From positions 19,220,001 to 19,284,000 of the forward strand of contig NC_088803.1 in the NCBI RefSeq assembly GCF_011386835.1: 64,000 bases of DNA, in the 5' to 3' direction. The position numbers and the translations under genes are program-made. The notes beneath the pieces are model-generated. The model made no database searches. It worked only from the letters and a program-made list of their open reading frames with translations, and was not told the DNA's origin. Below, in pieces: positions 21,311-33,189 of the stretch. Position 1 is the first letter of the stretch; every line of letters begins with the position of its first letter. The stretch is from Chrysemys picta bellii. Taxonomy: Eukaryota.

Positions 21311-23760
21311 CCTAAAATCTCTCCCCAGCCCTGGGAGGAGAGTGGGGGCTAGTGGTTAGAGCAGTGGGGGTTGGGAACCAGAACTCCTGGTTCTGTTCTG
21401 TCACTGTTGGGAACCAGAACTCCTGGTTCTGTTCTGACCCTTCCCCTTGTGGGTCTCGGTTTCCTCTTGTGGGTGGCCAGCCCCCCACCCCGTGGGCGGT
21501 GAGCCTGCCCTGCACGCTGGGCACAGCGTGTGCTGCGCTCGGGTGAGTTACCACTTGCTGGCATTGCAGTAGCTTGGGCGGGGGAACGGGCTCAGCTGGT
21601 TCCATGGAGCCCCTGGGCGTGACCCAGCTGTGTGCGTAGGCTTGGCATGCGACCGTGGGGCTGGGGGGGGAGGGGGAGGGAGAGGGGGCTGAGCTCTGGG
21701 TGGCCTCAGCTCCCTGCAGGACAGTGCTGCCTGCGACCCCCCCCCACCCTGCTCCCTGCGGGATAACGTCCACTGTGGGCCCCCCATCCTGCTCCTTATG
21801 GGACAATCTCTCCTGTGGGGCCCGCATCCTGCTCCATGCAGACACCCCCCTCCCCCGCTCCCTGCGGGGCCCCCTTTCTGCTCCTTGCAGGACAGCGCCC
21901 CCTGCGGGCCCCCACCCTGTTCCCTGCCAGCACTGCATGCTAGGGGAGAGCACCCCCTACCGAGTCCCCACCCCACTACCTAGCGCCACACTGGGACTAT
22001 GGGGCCAGTGCTGGCTGCCAGGGACACTGAGGGTTATGCTGCATCAGGGCCGTGGCCCATCGGCTGCTGGTGGTGGTGTTGGGAAATGCTCTGTGCAGAG
22101 TAAACAGTGGGTGAAGGGCTGGGGTGTGTTTCAGGAGCCAAGCTGCAGTGAGGCATTGATGCCATCAGAGGAGCTCAGATAATCCCCTCTAGGAGGTGCT
22201 AGCTGGGACCCAGGCTTAGTGGGGTGGGGAATGGAAGGTGGGGCCGGGATGCTGGCTCCTGTCTGCCCCCAGTGCAGGGAACAGGACGTGGGGCCTCTTT
22301 CTTCTAGGAGATTCTCATCTGGCCCTGTTTGTGACCAAACATCCCAGTATTGCCTGGCCAGTAACGAAGCTCGAGGTGTCCTGCGGCAGTGGGGGCAGCA
22401 TGGCGATATTAGTCTGGGATGCGTGTGACTCGGTTTCCCCACTCACCATGCAGACTGCATGTGAAGGATTGAATTTCTCCTGGGGAGAGAGGGAAGAAGG
22501 GTCACACAAACAGCAATGCACTACCTAGACTGTCCCGATGTCACCAGAGGACAAAGGACTTCAGCAGCGGAGACCCCGTGGAGCCTCCTGGGCAGCTATC
22601 GGGCATGGGGCCGGGAGGTGGGAGCCAGCTGGGATCCGAGGCGCTGGCTGCCCATGGCTGGGGCAGAGATGGGGAGGCCGGGTTTGGGAGCAGCAGGGCA
22701 GCCAGCGCCTCTCTCAGGTGACACTGACTTTAGGCCCCTTCAGCCCAGGTTGCGAGTGAGTAAAAGGCAGTGGCTTGGTTTGCCAGGCTGGCCTTTGCCA
22801 CTGCAGATCCCTGCTGGTGGCATCTCTCCCGAGGGCCTGCTGGGCAGCCAGGGAGAGAAACGGGAGCTGGATCCGACAGGCTGTCCTCGGGGGCACGGTT
22901 GGAGACACGGCTGTCACTCCTGTGAATCCAGGCCGGGCAGCTGGCAGAGGTGGAGGGCTGACCAAGCCCCGGGGGCGCTGTATGTTTGAGGTCTCTCCAT
23001 CCTCACCCTGCTTGGGGCCCAGGAGATGCTGATCCGGCACTGTCCAGCCTGGCACCAAACCCCTCGACAGCTGGAAAATCCCCCCGGGCCAGGGCCTGCT
23101 GGGTATTTAGGGAGGGATGGGTGCTCCATACAAGCGTATCTAAGCTGCTAGGAATGCAGCCGGTGACCGGAGAAGTGGTGGGGAAAAGTGCTCTTGGGAA
23201 ATGTTTACCCAATAAATTATTTAATGGTGGTGCAATTAAGACTGAAGGAGGGGCGGGGAGGGGGTGGTTCCCTTCTCTTGGGAGGTTATTATTCACTCTG
23301 GGGCTGGGAGGTGCTGGAGAAGGTGGCAGGAGCGGAGCAGGAGAGGGAGCGAGAAGCAGCAGAGATGCAGTGAATGCAGAGAGAGGGGGAAGGAAGGAGA
23401 AGTGGAAGGCAGAAGGGCAGATGGAGTGAGGTAGAGACGGGAGGGAAGGAGGAGAGGAGGATGGCCAGGGAACTGGGAATGGCCTGAACCAATCTGTGTG
23501 GCACAGCATCTCCCACCGATTCCCGGGGCTTGGAAGGGTCCCCAGCCACGCCTGGGTTCAGCTGAGGGCTCGGCGCTGGCTTGGGCTACCTAGGGTTAGG
23601 ATCATCCGTGGTGGAGGTCTCCCTAGCCTGGGACGGGTTAGATGAGAGGGGACAGGAGAGGACGGGCTAGCAGGGCATTGTGGAGGAGGGGCTGTAGGGT
23701 GTGAGCCCAGGGTAAGGCCCAGCTGTATCGCCTGGCCCGGCTCTCCTGGCGCCCGCACAG

Positions 23761-26700
23761 ATGGAGCCGCTCCTGGCGGTGAAGATCGGCTGCCTGGTGG
23801 CTCTGCTGTTCATTACCCTCGTCTGTGGCCTCATCCCGGCCCAGGTCAAGTGGTTCCAGATCAAAGCGGCCAAAGGTGAAGAGGGGTTGGGGGTGGGGAA
23901 TGGGACAGCGGCTTCCCATCCACATCGCAGGGGTGGGCGGGCTGGGTATCCCCATATGCACCCATCTGCTCCTGTATCATCTATCCTCATAGACACCCAT
24001 CTGCTCCTCTATCATCTTTCCCCATACACACCCTCCGTTCATCCATCCATCTATCTACCTATCCCCATATACACCCCTCCGTTCATCCATCTACCTACCT
24101 ATTCCCATGCGCACACCTCTATCTATTTATCTATCTATCTATCTATGGCCTTGGCTGCACTCGGGACTGCACAGCGCTGTGAAGCGCAAGTGTAGTCGCG
24201 CCGCCAGCGCTGCGAGAGAACTCTGTATGTACTCCACCTCTCCGAGGGGAATATCTGTATGTACTTCACCTCTCCGAGGGGAATAGCTTGCAGCGCTGCA
24301 GGCTCTGATTACACTGGCACTTTACAGCGCTGTACTTGCTGCGCTCGGGGGGGGGGGGGGAGCGTTTTCACACCCCTGAGCGCAGCAAGTTGCAGTGCTG
24401 TACAGCGCCAGTGTAGCCAAGGCCTGCCTATCTATCTCTTGCTGCTCCTCGCTCTTGTTCTCTGTGTATCTGTCTGTCTGGTGCTTCCCCTCCCCTATCC
24501 CCTGCAGGCTTCTGGCTCCCGGGGCAGGGGAAACCCCCTTAGTAAATAAGGCAATGGGGCAGCTGCAGGCATGAATGATACCTCCATCCTGCCCCAGCCC
24601 CATCACTGCCTCCCCGTGGGGCAAAAGAAACAGTCACACTCAGGGGGCTCTGGACCCCCTGAGGGAAACTGAGGCTTTGTCTGTCCACCTCTGTACCACT
24701 TTCTTTTTTACCCATTACTTTGCCCTTGTTCTTCCTATCTGTGGCCAGCTCTTTCTCCCCGGGGAGCTGTGCGGCTTTCACTCCATCCTCTTGCCAGTTC
24801 ATTAATCACCCTTGTTCTGTCAGCAGATCTTAAAGCACTTTGCTAAGGAGGTCAGTCTCATTAGCCCCATTTTACAGATGGGGAAACTGAGGCACAGGAG
24901 GCCAAGTGACTTACCAAGCTCACCTAACAGCCTGAGCCAGAACTGGAACCCAGGTGTTCCCGGTGCCAGGCCAGGGCTCTGTGCCTGATGCCCCACCTCT
25001 GGCTTTCTCCCTGCCCCAGGCTGTGTGGTTCCCCAGTTCAAGACCCACCTCCCAAGCTGGGATTGCTTTGCTCAGCCCTGCCACATGGCCGTGGCCTTGG
25101 CCTCACCCCAGCCCTCTCCTCCCACAGGGCGGCACCGGCGCATCCTGAGCTTCATCGGCTGCTTTGCAGCGGGGGTCTTCCTGGGTGCCTGCCTCATGCA
25201 CACGGCGGCCGACGCGCTGACAGACATCCAGGGGGAGCTGGGCAAGCGGCTGCAGCAGGTGAGATGGAGCAGAGACACACGGGACCCCCTTGCTCCAGCA
25301 GTGTGGCGCACACAGAACAGGGCCCGTCCCCTCCAGCAGGGGGTGCAGGGACACACACGGAGCAGGGCCCATCCCCTCCAGCAGGGGGAGTAGGGGCACA
25401 CACATACACACACTCACACAGAGCAGGGCCCATCCTCTCCAGCAGGGGGTGCAAGGACACACATAGAGCAGGGCCCATCCCCTCCAGCAGGAGGTGCAGG
25501 GACACCCCTCCAGGTGTATATGGGGTCAGTGCACCGCCTGCCCCCCAGCGCGATATCTGATTCCTCTTGTCTCCCCACAGGCTGCTGCTGGGCAGAACCT
25601 GACGGGGACACAGAATGACTCGTCTAGGGCCAGTGCCGGTGGGGCTGAGGTGAGCACCCCCAACACCTTTCAGCTGGAAGTGCCCCCCACTGGGGAAAGG
25701 TGGGAAGAGGGCTGCTGTGGGGAAAGAGCTGTGAGAGCAGAGCCAAGGCAGGGGGAGCGACTGGGCCTTGTCAAATCTCCCCTCCCAGATACGGGGATAG
25801 AAGCCAGGAGTCCTGACTCCCAGTCCCCCCCCTCTAACCCACTAGACCCCACTCCCCTCCCAGAGCCAGGGAGAGAACCCTGGAGTCCTGACTCCCAGCC
25901 CCTTCCCCCTCTAACCCACTAGACCCCACTCCCCTTCCAGAGTTGGGGACAGAATCCAGGAGTCCTGGCTCCCAGCCCCCTGCTCTAACCACTAGACTCC
26001 GTCCTCCTAAATAGCCCTCCCTTTGGGACCCACTCCTTAGGCTGTGGGTGGAGGTGGGGAAGGCTGGGTGGCTGCGTGCGAGTCCCTCTGAAACAAACCA
26101 TCTCCCCATCCCTCTCCCCATAGCTGGATTACCCCTTCGCGGAGCTCGTCATCTCCCTCGGCTTCTTCCTTGTCTTTCTCACCGAGAGCCTGGTGCTGCA
26201 CTGCTGCCACGCGGCTCCACTGTCCCACGGGGCCCCGGGCAAGGACCCTGCTTGCTCAGCCCCCAGCGTCCCCTCCGTCCCCCACTCCCACGGGGCCACG
26301 GTGCCCAGCGTCCCCTCTGTCCCACACTCCCACGGGGTTCCGGGGCCTGGCGGCCCCTCACGTGGCTCCTTCCGGGCCCTGGTGCTCTTCATTACGCTGT
26401 CGCTGCACTCACTCTTCGAGGGGCTGGCGGTGGGGGTGCAGCGGGGCGAGGCAGGGGCCCTCCAGCTCTGCCTGGCTGTGCTGGCCCACAAGGGCGTGAT
26501 CGCCTTCAGCCTGGGGCTGCAGCTGGTGCAAAGCGGCACCCAACCCCGCTGGAGGCTGCTCTACCTGGGCATTTTCGCCCTCATGTCCCCCTCTGGCATG
26601 GCCGTTGGCATCGGGCTCTCGTTCTCGGGCGGGGCGGCCGGCGGGCTGGCCATGGCCCTGGTGGAGGGGGTGGCGGCCGGCACCTTCCTGTACATCACCT

Positions 26701-26810
26701 TCCTGGAGATCCTGCCCCACGAGCTGAACTCCCACGAGCCGCCCCTGGCCAAGTTCTCCTTCATCGCTCTGGGCTTCACCGTCATGGCCACCATTGCTGT
26801 CTGGGCCTGA
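23761..26810 (+). CDS. SLC39A2: Zinc transporter ZIP2, 4 coding exons, 333 aa
   Basis: Exons 23761-23875, 25128-25258, 25581-25649, 26124-26810 (1002 nt, GT-AG, phases 1/0/0). Motifs KIGCLVALL, FAAGVFLGACLMH, DYPFAELVISLGFFLVF, LSLHSLFEGLAVG (TM4), LAHKG (TM5) and AAGTFLYITFLEIL. The position next to METTL17 favours SLC39A2 over SLC39A1/3. Confidence 0.92.
24147..24424. mobile_element. Palindromic MITE (possibly PIF/Harbinger-like)
   Basis: TIRs GGCCTTGGCTGCACT / AGTGTAGCCAAGGCC (14/15 match); no clear TSD. Confidence 0.65.
25310..25510. repeat. ~45-bp tandem repeat (4 units) in SLC39A2 intron 2
   Basis: GAGCAGGGCCCATCCCCTCCAGCAGGGGGTGCAGGGACACACA units. Confidence 0.85.
25786..26000 (-). 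repeat. tRNA-head-like tandem array in SLC39A2 intron 3
   Basis: Three ~76-bp units containing CCAGGAGTCCTG and CTCTAACCCACTAGACCCCACTCCCC. Confidence 0.75.
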
Positions 26811-26843
26811 GGGGGAGGCAGGGCTGGGTGGGGGCTCCAGGGG

Positions 26844-27064
26844 CAGGGCCGGCTCCAGGGTTTTGGCCGCCCCAAGCAGCCAAAAAAAAACAAAAAACAG
26901 CCGCGATCAATATCTGCGGCGGCTATTCGGCAGGAGGTCCTTCGCTCCAAGCGGGAGTGAGGGACTGTCCGCCGAATTGCCGCCGAATAGCTGGATCTGC
27001 CGCCCCCTCCGGAGTGGCCGCCCCAAGCACCTGCTTGCCAGGCTGGTGCCTGGAGCCGGCCCTG
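26844..27064 (+). mobile_element. hAT MITE in the SLC39A2 3' UTR
   Basis: TIRs CAGGGCCGGCTCCAGG / CCTGGAGCCGGCCCTG; perfect 8-bp TSD TCCAGGGG. Confidence 0.92.
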
Positions 27065-27109
27065 TCCAGGGGCCAAGCCCTGCAGAGACTGACCCCAAAC
27101 GGCTTGTCC

Positions 27110-27550
27110 CCTCTAGGGGATGTCAGCTCCCATCCGGCTCCAGGGCAGGGACTGGCTAGATCAGGGGGGTGGGGAATAGGACATGAAGCCTTTCCCATCT
27201 ACGGCGGGGACTGGCCGTCTCAGAGGGCTGGGGACATGGGGCTTTCCCTTCTAAGGGGCGCTGGCTCCCATCCGGCCCCAGAACAGGGACTGGCTGGCTC
27301 AGGGGGCTAGAGACATGGGGCCTTTCCCTCTAGGGGGTGCCGGCTCCCATCAGGCCCCAAGGCAGGGACTGGCTGGCTCAGGGGGCTGGAGACACGGGGC
27401 CTTTCCTCTCTAGGGGTTGCCGGCTCCCATCTGGCCCCAGGGCGGGGACTGGCTGGCTAAGGGGGGTGGGGAATAGGACACGGGGCCTTTCCCCTTTAGG
27501 GGGCACCAGCCCTGGGGCAGGGACTGGCTGGCTCAGGGGGCAGGGACTGG
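27110..27550. repeat. GC-rich ~80-bp tandem repeat (5-6 units)
   Basis: Same unit as 2390-2580. Confidence 0.85.
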
Positions 27551-28120
27551 GACACCTAGTGGCTATTCACTGGCTTGAGTGTTGCAATCTGGGAGGTTCT
27601 CAGTGTGTTTCCAGAGGGCCCAGGAGTCTCCCACCCCAGCTGTTGAGCCAGCCAGCTCCCTGGAGTCCTAGGAGCAAAGTAATCTCCCCGCCCCCCCCAC
27701 TCCCAACCCTGTGCTCGGGTCTGTCCCTCTTTCATGGCATTTTGGCCCCTGTACAGGCTGATGAGCCTGCCCTAGCCTGGGCTAACAGAGCAGGGGCCTT
27801 TAGCTCAGCCAGTACAGGCTCATGGGCTTAGCATCAGGGGTAGTGGGTTTAATTCCCCGCTGCTGGTTACCCGTCCTGTGGCGTGGTGTTACAGAGCCGA
27901 ACTCCCTCCCGCTCTCCAGGGCTACAGCCCATGGGCAGAGCTGCACCAACCCCTCAGCTGACCCCTTTCTCCAGGGCTGAGGCTGCCAAGGCTGCCTTGG
28001 GGTGTTGGGTGCCTGCTTCCCCTGCCTCTCACTTGCTGTCCAAATCCCTTAGACCACTTGGGGAGGTCCAGCCAGGGGGCTCCTAACAGCGTGGGCCCCT
28101 TGGATGTAGCTGATGCCACG

Positions 28121-28192
28121 TAGGGTTGCCCGCCCTCCCTTAATTAAAAATCATGTCACGGGATGAAACCTCCAGGAATCTCAGCAACCCTA
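28121..28192. mobile_element. 72-bp miniature hAT-type element
   Basis: TIRs TAGGGTTGC / GCAACCCTA; flanks ATGCCACG/GTGCCAAG (6/8 TSD match). Confidence 0.6.
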
Positions 28193-30509
28193 GTGCCAAG
28201 GCCAGGGTGGCTGTGAGATGAAGCCACAATCTCTGCGCAGCTGGTGGACAGTGGGTTCCTTGGCCTTGCAGAGACTCCTGGGAAATAGCTGGAAGCCCAA
28301 TTAAAATTGAAAAGAAGGCTCCGTTTTTTGTAATGGGGGGGCGATTAACCCATGGAACAAACTCCCTGGGGCCTTTCGGGAAGATGCTTTAGCCAAACGC
28401 CCGTTCCTGGGCTCAGTGCTGGGAGAGCTGGATGGAATTTAGCAGCCTGTGCTAGACAGGAGGTCGGACTACAGCTTGGCCCTCCAAGCGCCCAGCTCAT
28501 GGATGCCTGTTCTTTGAGCCTGTTCGTTCAATGGACGTTGCCGCTGAAATAAATCATGTGTGTTTTGTGTGCGTCTTTGCTTGTGGTTTCTTTGGGCCCT
28601 TTCGGCGGGACAGCATTCATGCACCAACGGGGCCATCCCCCCACTGAGTGGGTTTTGGGGATGCGGCCGAGACCCAGTGCTGCTAAGTGCTGGGAAAGCC
28701 TGGGGCAGGTTTTGAAGCCAATCCAACGGAGTGTAGATTCCAGAAAGGCCTGCCTTTTTCAAAAGGGGTGGGGGATTTTGGGAGCCCGGCATGCGCCCCT
28801 TTAAGAGCTTTGGCTTACATAAAGGGCCGAGCCCCCGCGCTTGCAAAACTAGACCTCTTTAACATGGCTCAATGTGGACACCCAGCAACTGCAGTGCCCC
28901 AAACCACTAGCCACAAAAATCATCCCGCGCCCTGGTTCAGCAAGGAATGATCTGCAAGGCAAGGCAGTGCCACACCAGTTGTGAATGGTGTCGTACCACG
29001 TATGGCCCACCACTTGTTAAGGCATTCTGTCTGCGTACTAGAAATAGGTTCCAATAGTTCACATCCAGCAAAGGTGAGCAATTGGTCTCCTGCTGGAGCG
29101 GAGATGTTCGCCCATTGTTCCGGAGAACTCTCTCACCCACATAGTGCTGTCCACACTGATGCTTTAGTCCGTGAAACTTATGTTGGTCGTGTGTGTGTGT
29201 GTGTGTGTGTGTGTTTTTCACACCCTTGACCAACAAAAGTGCTAATGTAGATGTAGCCTGTTAGGGGCTGATACGAGCTCACTGCTTAACAGCTGCGTTT
29301 TCTAGGCGCTCCAAAACCCACATGCTGTGTCACGTTGTTTTGAAATGTGCCATGTCTCCTTGATGTCTGAGCTAGGGTAAGTGGGGCAAATTTGGAGTCA
29401 CTTGGTCCAGGGGTTCCTGAGACACAACGCTGGTAAACCGAGGACCTGAGAGTGGAACACTGAGGTTCTCTGTGACTTGGCTCTGGTTTGGTTTCAGATG
29501 GGCATTGATCCTTTGTCTCGCCTCCTCGGCCAAGGATGCCGGTTGTACGAGGCAAATTGGTCCCCCCGGGCTGGCCCACAGCGACAAAAGACGATTCCCC
29601 GAGAGATGGCTCTGCAATATCTGCCAATCCCAGCGCACCCCAGCTGGGCTGTCTCTCTCACTGGGCACAGAGCGGGGGCCGGGCTGTTGGTGGGAGAGGG
29701 GCAGGGAGGTGCTTGCTGCCCAAAGCTCTCATCAGGACAGGACGGCAGACGAGCTCTGGAGGGAGACAGTGAGGCAAGCACCAGGTGACAAGAAGGCCAT
29801 TCCTGCACGGATGGGCTGAGGATTGCAAGCTCATATCTCAGATCAATTTCCTGCTGTGGGAAGGTAAGTACCAGGCTGGCTCATCAACCCCTCTATCCTG
29901 GTATTCCCTGCCCCTCTCATCACACCCCGAGGTCAATCAGGCTTCCTCTCCCACCCTTTCCCCTCACATCTAACCCCTGAGTCATTCAGCCCACTCATCC
30001 CGCTAGTCCGGTATCCCCCAGCTCTCTGCTGCACCAGAACAGACCCGGGGTCCGGACACTGCAGTCACCCAGCGACCTCCTGTCCCAGCTGGTTACACAA
30101 TGTGTCCATGGAGCCAGTTTCACACCAGCTGCCATGCCGGATCAGCTGGGGCTGCCAGTCAGGACTGAGGGGCACCGGCAGAGCTGTGGGTGGGGGCAGC
30201 CCAGGGCTCACGGCCGGTGTTATTCCAGCCTCAGGCTCCGTCCCGGCACAGCACTTCCAGTGCCACTGAATCCTTGAGGAGGAGCGAGAGAGCGACTGGT
30301 CCTTGTCACACCTCCCCTCCCAGAGCTTAGAGAGAAACCAGGAGTCCTGGCTCCCAGACCCCCTGCTCTAATCACTAGATGCTAGTGCGTTAGAGCAGGG
30401 GAGGGGAGCAGGAATAAGAACAAGGACTCTTGGGTTCTCCCCATAGCTGTGGGAGGGGAATGGGATTTCGTAGGTTAGAGTAGGGGGGCTGGGAATCAAG
30501 CATCCCAGG

Positions 30510-31740
30510 TGTAGCAGAAAGAAAGCCTGAAACATGAGGCCTTGTATCAGGCCTGAGGCCTGAATTAAAGTAGTGGGTCAAGCCCTGCTAATATAAAGCA
30601 AAGTCAGCAAGAGACAGGCTGAGAGCAGAAGTCAGTGATCGAACCTGGGAGCTTAGTGCATGAGCTAAAAGCCACCTGGTTGTTAGCTAAGGCTGGAGAG
30701 CAGCAGGGCCGGCTCTAGGTTTTTTGCGGCCCCAAGCAAAACATTTGCCGCCCCAAGCTCCGAGAGTTGTGCTGCCCCAAGCACGTGCTTGCTTTGCTGA
30801 TGCCTAGAGCCGGTCCTGGAGAGCAGACTCGTTTTCTCTCTCTCTCTCTCTCTCTCTCTCTAAGTGGACTCAGTGCCAGATGGGGCAGAACACCACACCC
30901 AGGAGGTGTGTGGGTTACACAGGCTCACAGAACCTGGCAAGAGCAGGGCTGGTATTGCAGAAACACACACATTCCTAAGAAGTGCTAGGCACAGGACACT
31001 CACGCAAGCGCAGTCCAGAAGGGTGGTAGCAGAACACCCTGGTACCAAGTATGGGTACAAACACTGATCCAGGAGTACACTGACCCTCTCTTAGCGATAA
31101 GGGCAGGATGGGAGCATAATGAATAAAAATGTTTTGATCGACCCACCATGTACAAGGTAAAGGGTGGAAACTAACCACGTCAAAGGGGCAGTAACTAGCT
31201 ATGTCAGAGAGGCAATACGTAACTTGTTTGTGTCGGTGAATAACGAGGGGTCTCACAGGCAGTGTCTTTAGCCAGCCTAGGGGACAGTGAAAAGTCCCGC
31301 CGCTCACTGAGCTGCGTCTATTGTCACAGGCTACATGTCTTAGTATCCTCATAGAGTCTGCCGGGTGCTATTACCGTGCTTTGTCGGCAATAAAGCAGGC
31401 CGGGTGCCTTCGCTACTAACCCAAGTTTTGTGGGTTTTGTGAGCAGTGCCGCACGCAGAAAAAACATACACATGGAGCCAACAACTGACAACACTGGTGA
31501 CCCCGCCCGCTGTAAAAACTATAACTTTTAACTTTTAAAACAAAGAGAGCGAGAGAGAGCAGAGAGGCAGGAGAAAGGGGGGCGAGGGTGAAGAGCAACC
31601 TAGGAAGGTAGGGAGACCTGAGCCAAGAGAGATTAACTCTATCAAGGGATCTTAAAGTACTGGCAGCAGCAGCCAGTTTAGCAAACTGAGAAAGGATATA
31701 AAAGAAAACTTAACTGGTAGGTAAAAATATTTGAGAAAGA
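30510..31740 (+). mobile_element. Truncated ERV/LTR element: 5' LTR (30510-31493), PBS and leader
   Basis: Starts TGTAG and ends CAACA at 31493; AATAAA at 31389; TGGTGACCCCG at 31495-31505 matches the first 11 nt of the tRNA-Trp PBS; the host tRNA-head repeat resumes near 31741. Confidence 0.7.
30704..30818 (+). mobile_element. hAT MITE nested in the LTR
   Basis: TIRs CAGGGCCGGCTCTAG / CTAGAGCCGGTCCTG; perfect 8-bp TSD GAGAGCAG. Confidence 0.92.
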
Positions 31741-32594
31741 AGGTTCTATTTTAATCTCTGAGCGAGGAGTGTGTGGCTCCATGGGTTAAAGCAGTTGGGA
31801 ACCCGCACCCCTGGTTTTTATCCTGGCTTTGAGAGGAGAGTTGGGGTCATTACCTGAATTTTTTCCTCCAGTGTTTGTTGCTTTTGTCTGCAAGCCAAGT
31901 GGATGCATCAGTTCTAGGTGTTAATCCGCTCCATTTTGGGTTTTCACTTTGAAATCCTTTTTTATTCACTTCCCTGAGATCGAGTCACAGCTTCTGTCTC
32001 CTAATGTGATCTGTGATCTGTTTCATTTTTTCCAGTGACTGTATAGTTTGCTACTTCTCCCTACTGGGCACTTACTTGTCCCGTTCTGACAGGCACCAGT
32101 CTAGATCTCTGTTTAAGTTTAACCAGAACCTGTTTTTTATCGTACAGTTGTGTTTGCACTGCAGCAGCCCCTGTCTCATTTTTTTAATTTTGATAGGGCC
32201 GCCTTTTTCCACTCTGTCCCCATTCTTCAGGCACAGGGGAGCTACCAGAAGCCTGCTATTGACCACCAATATTTATAACGGGATGGCACATGTCTTTTTT
32301 GCAGATTTTTTCAGCTGTTTCCAATGTTTTATTCTGTTCCTGTGCTTGCTGTAAGGTAAACACTCTTTACCATCTATACATTTATGCTTCATCTGTCCCT
32401 TAGTTTTTACATTTCCTTTTATGACTGATGGACAGATTTTATTTTTCAATTGTTTTTAGTTTCTTATGGTGGGCCTGGAAATGTTAGGTCCCCGGATCAT
32501 GACTGAGGAGTGGGGTTTTATGAGTGAGCCTTGGGGGCACCCAAATAATGAATATATATGGATAGTATGGATATGGCATATATATGTATATAAA

Positions 32595-33120
32595 TACAGC
32601 TTCCATATGAGGAGAGTTTAATAAGACTGGGACTTTTCAGCGTGGAAAAGAGATGACTAAGGGGGGATGTGATAGAGGTCTATAAAATCATGACTAGTGT
32701 GGGGAAAATAAATAAGGAAGTGTTATTTACTCCTTTTCATAACACAAGAACTAGGGGTCACCAAATGAAATTAATAGGCAGCAGGTTTAAAACAAACAAA
32801 AGGAAGTATTTCTTCACACAACGCACAGTCAACCTGTGGAACTCTTTGCCAGAGGATGTTGTGAAGGCCAAGCTATAACAGGGTTCAAAAAAGAACTAGA
32901 TAAGTTCATGGAGGATAGGTCCATCAATTGCTATTAGCCAGGATGGGCAGGGATGGCATTCCTGGCCTTAGTTTGCTAGAAGCTAGAGGCAGGGGATGGA
33001 TCACTTGATGATTACCTGTTCAGTTCATTCCCTCTGGTGCACCTGGAATTGGCTACTGTTGGAAGACAGATACTGGGCTAGATGGACCATTGTTCTGACC
33101 CAGTATGGCTGTTCTTATGT
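32595..33120 (+). mobile_element. CR1 3' fragment
   Basis: ORF 32669-32878 reads IEVYKIM...[34 protein letters not shown]; tail ACCCAGTATGGCTGTTCTTATG. Confidence 0.9.
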
Positions 33121-33189
33121 GTGGTACATATGGGTATGTATGCATAGTATGTATGTGTACATATGACACCACCTTATATCCAAACATAA

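Noticed and set aside
24155-24350. Metal-response-element-like TGCRCNC motifs in SLC39A2 intron 1
   Set aside because: They lie inside a palindromic MITE and 7-mers are frequent in GC-rich DNA; no independent support.
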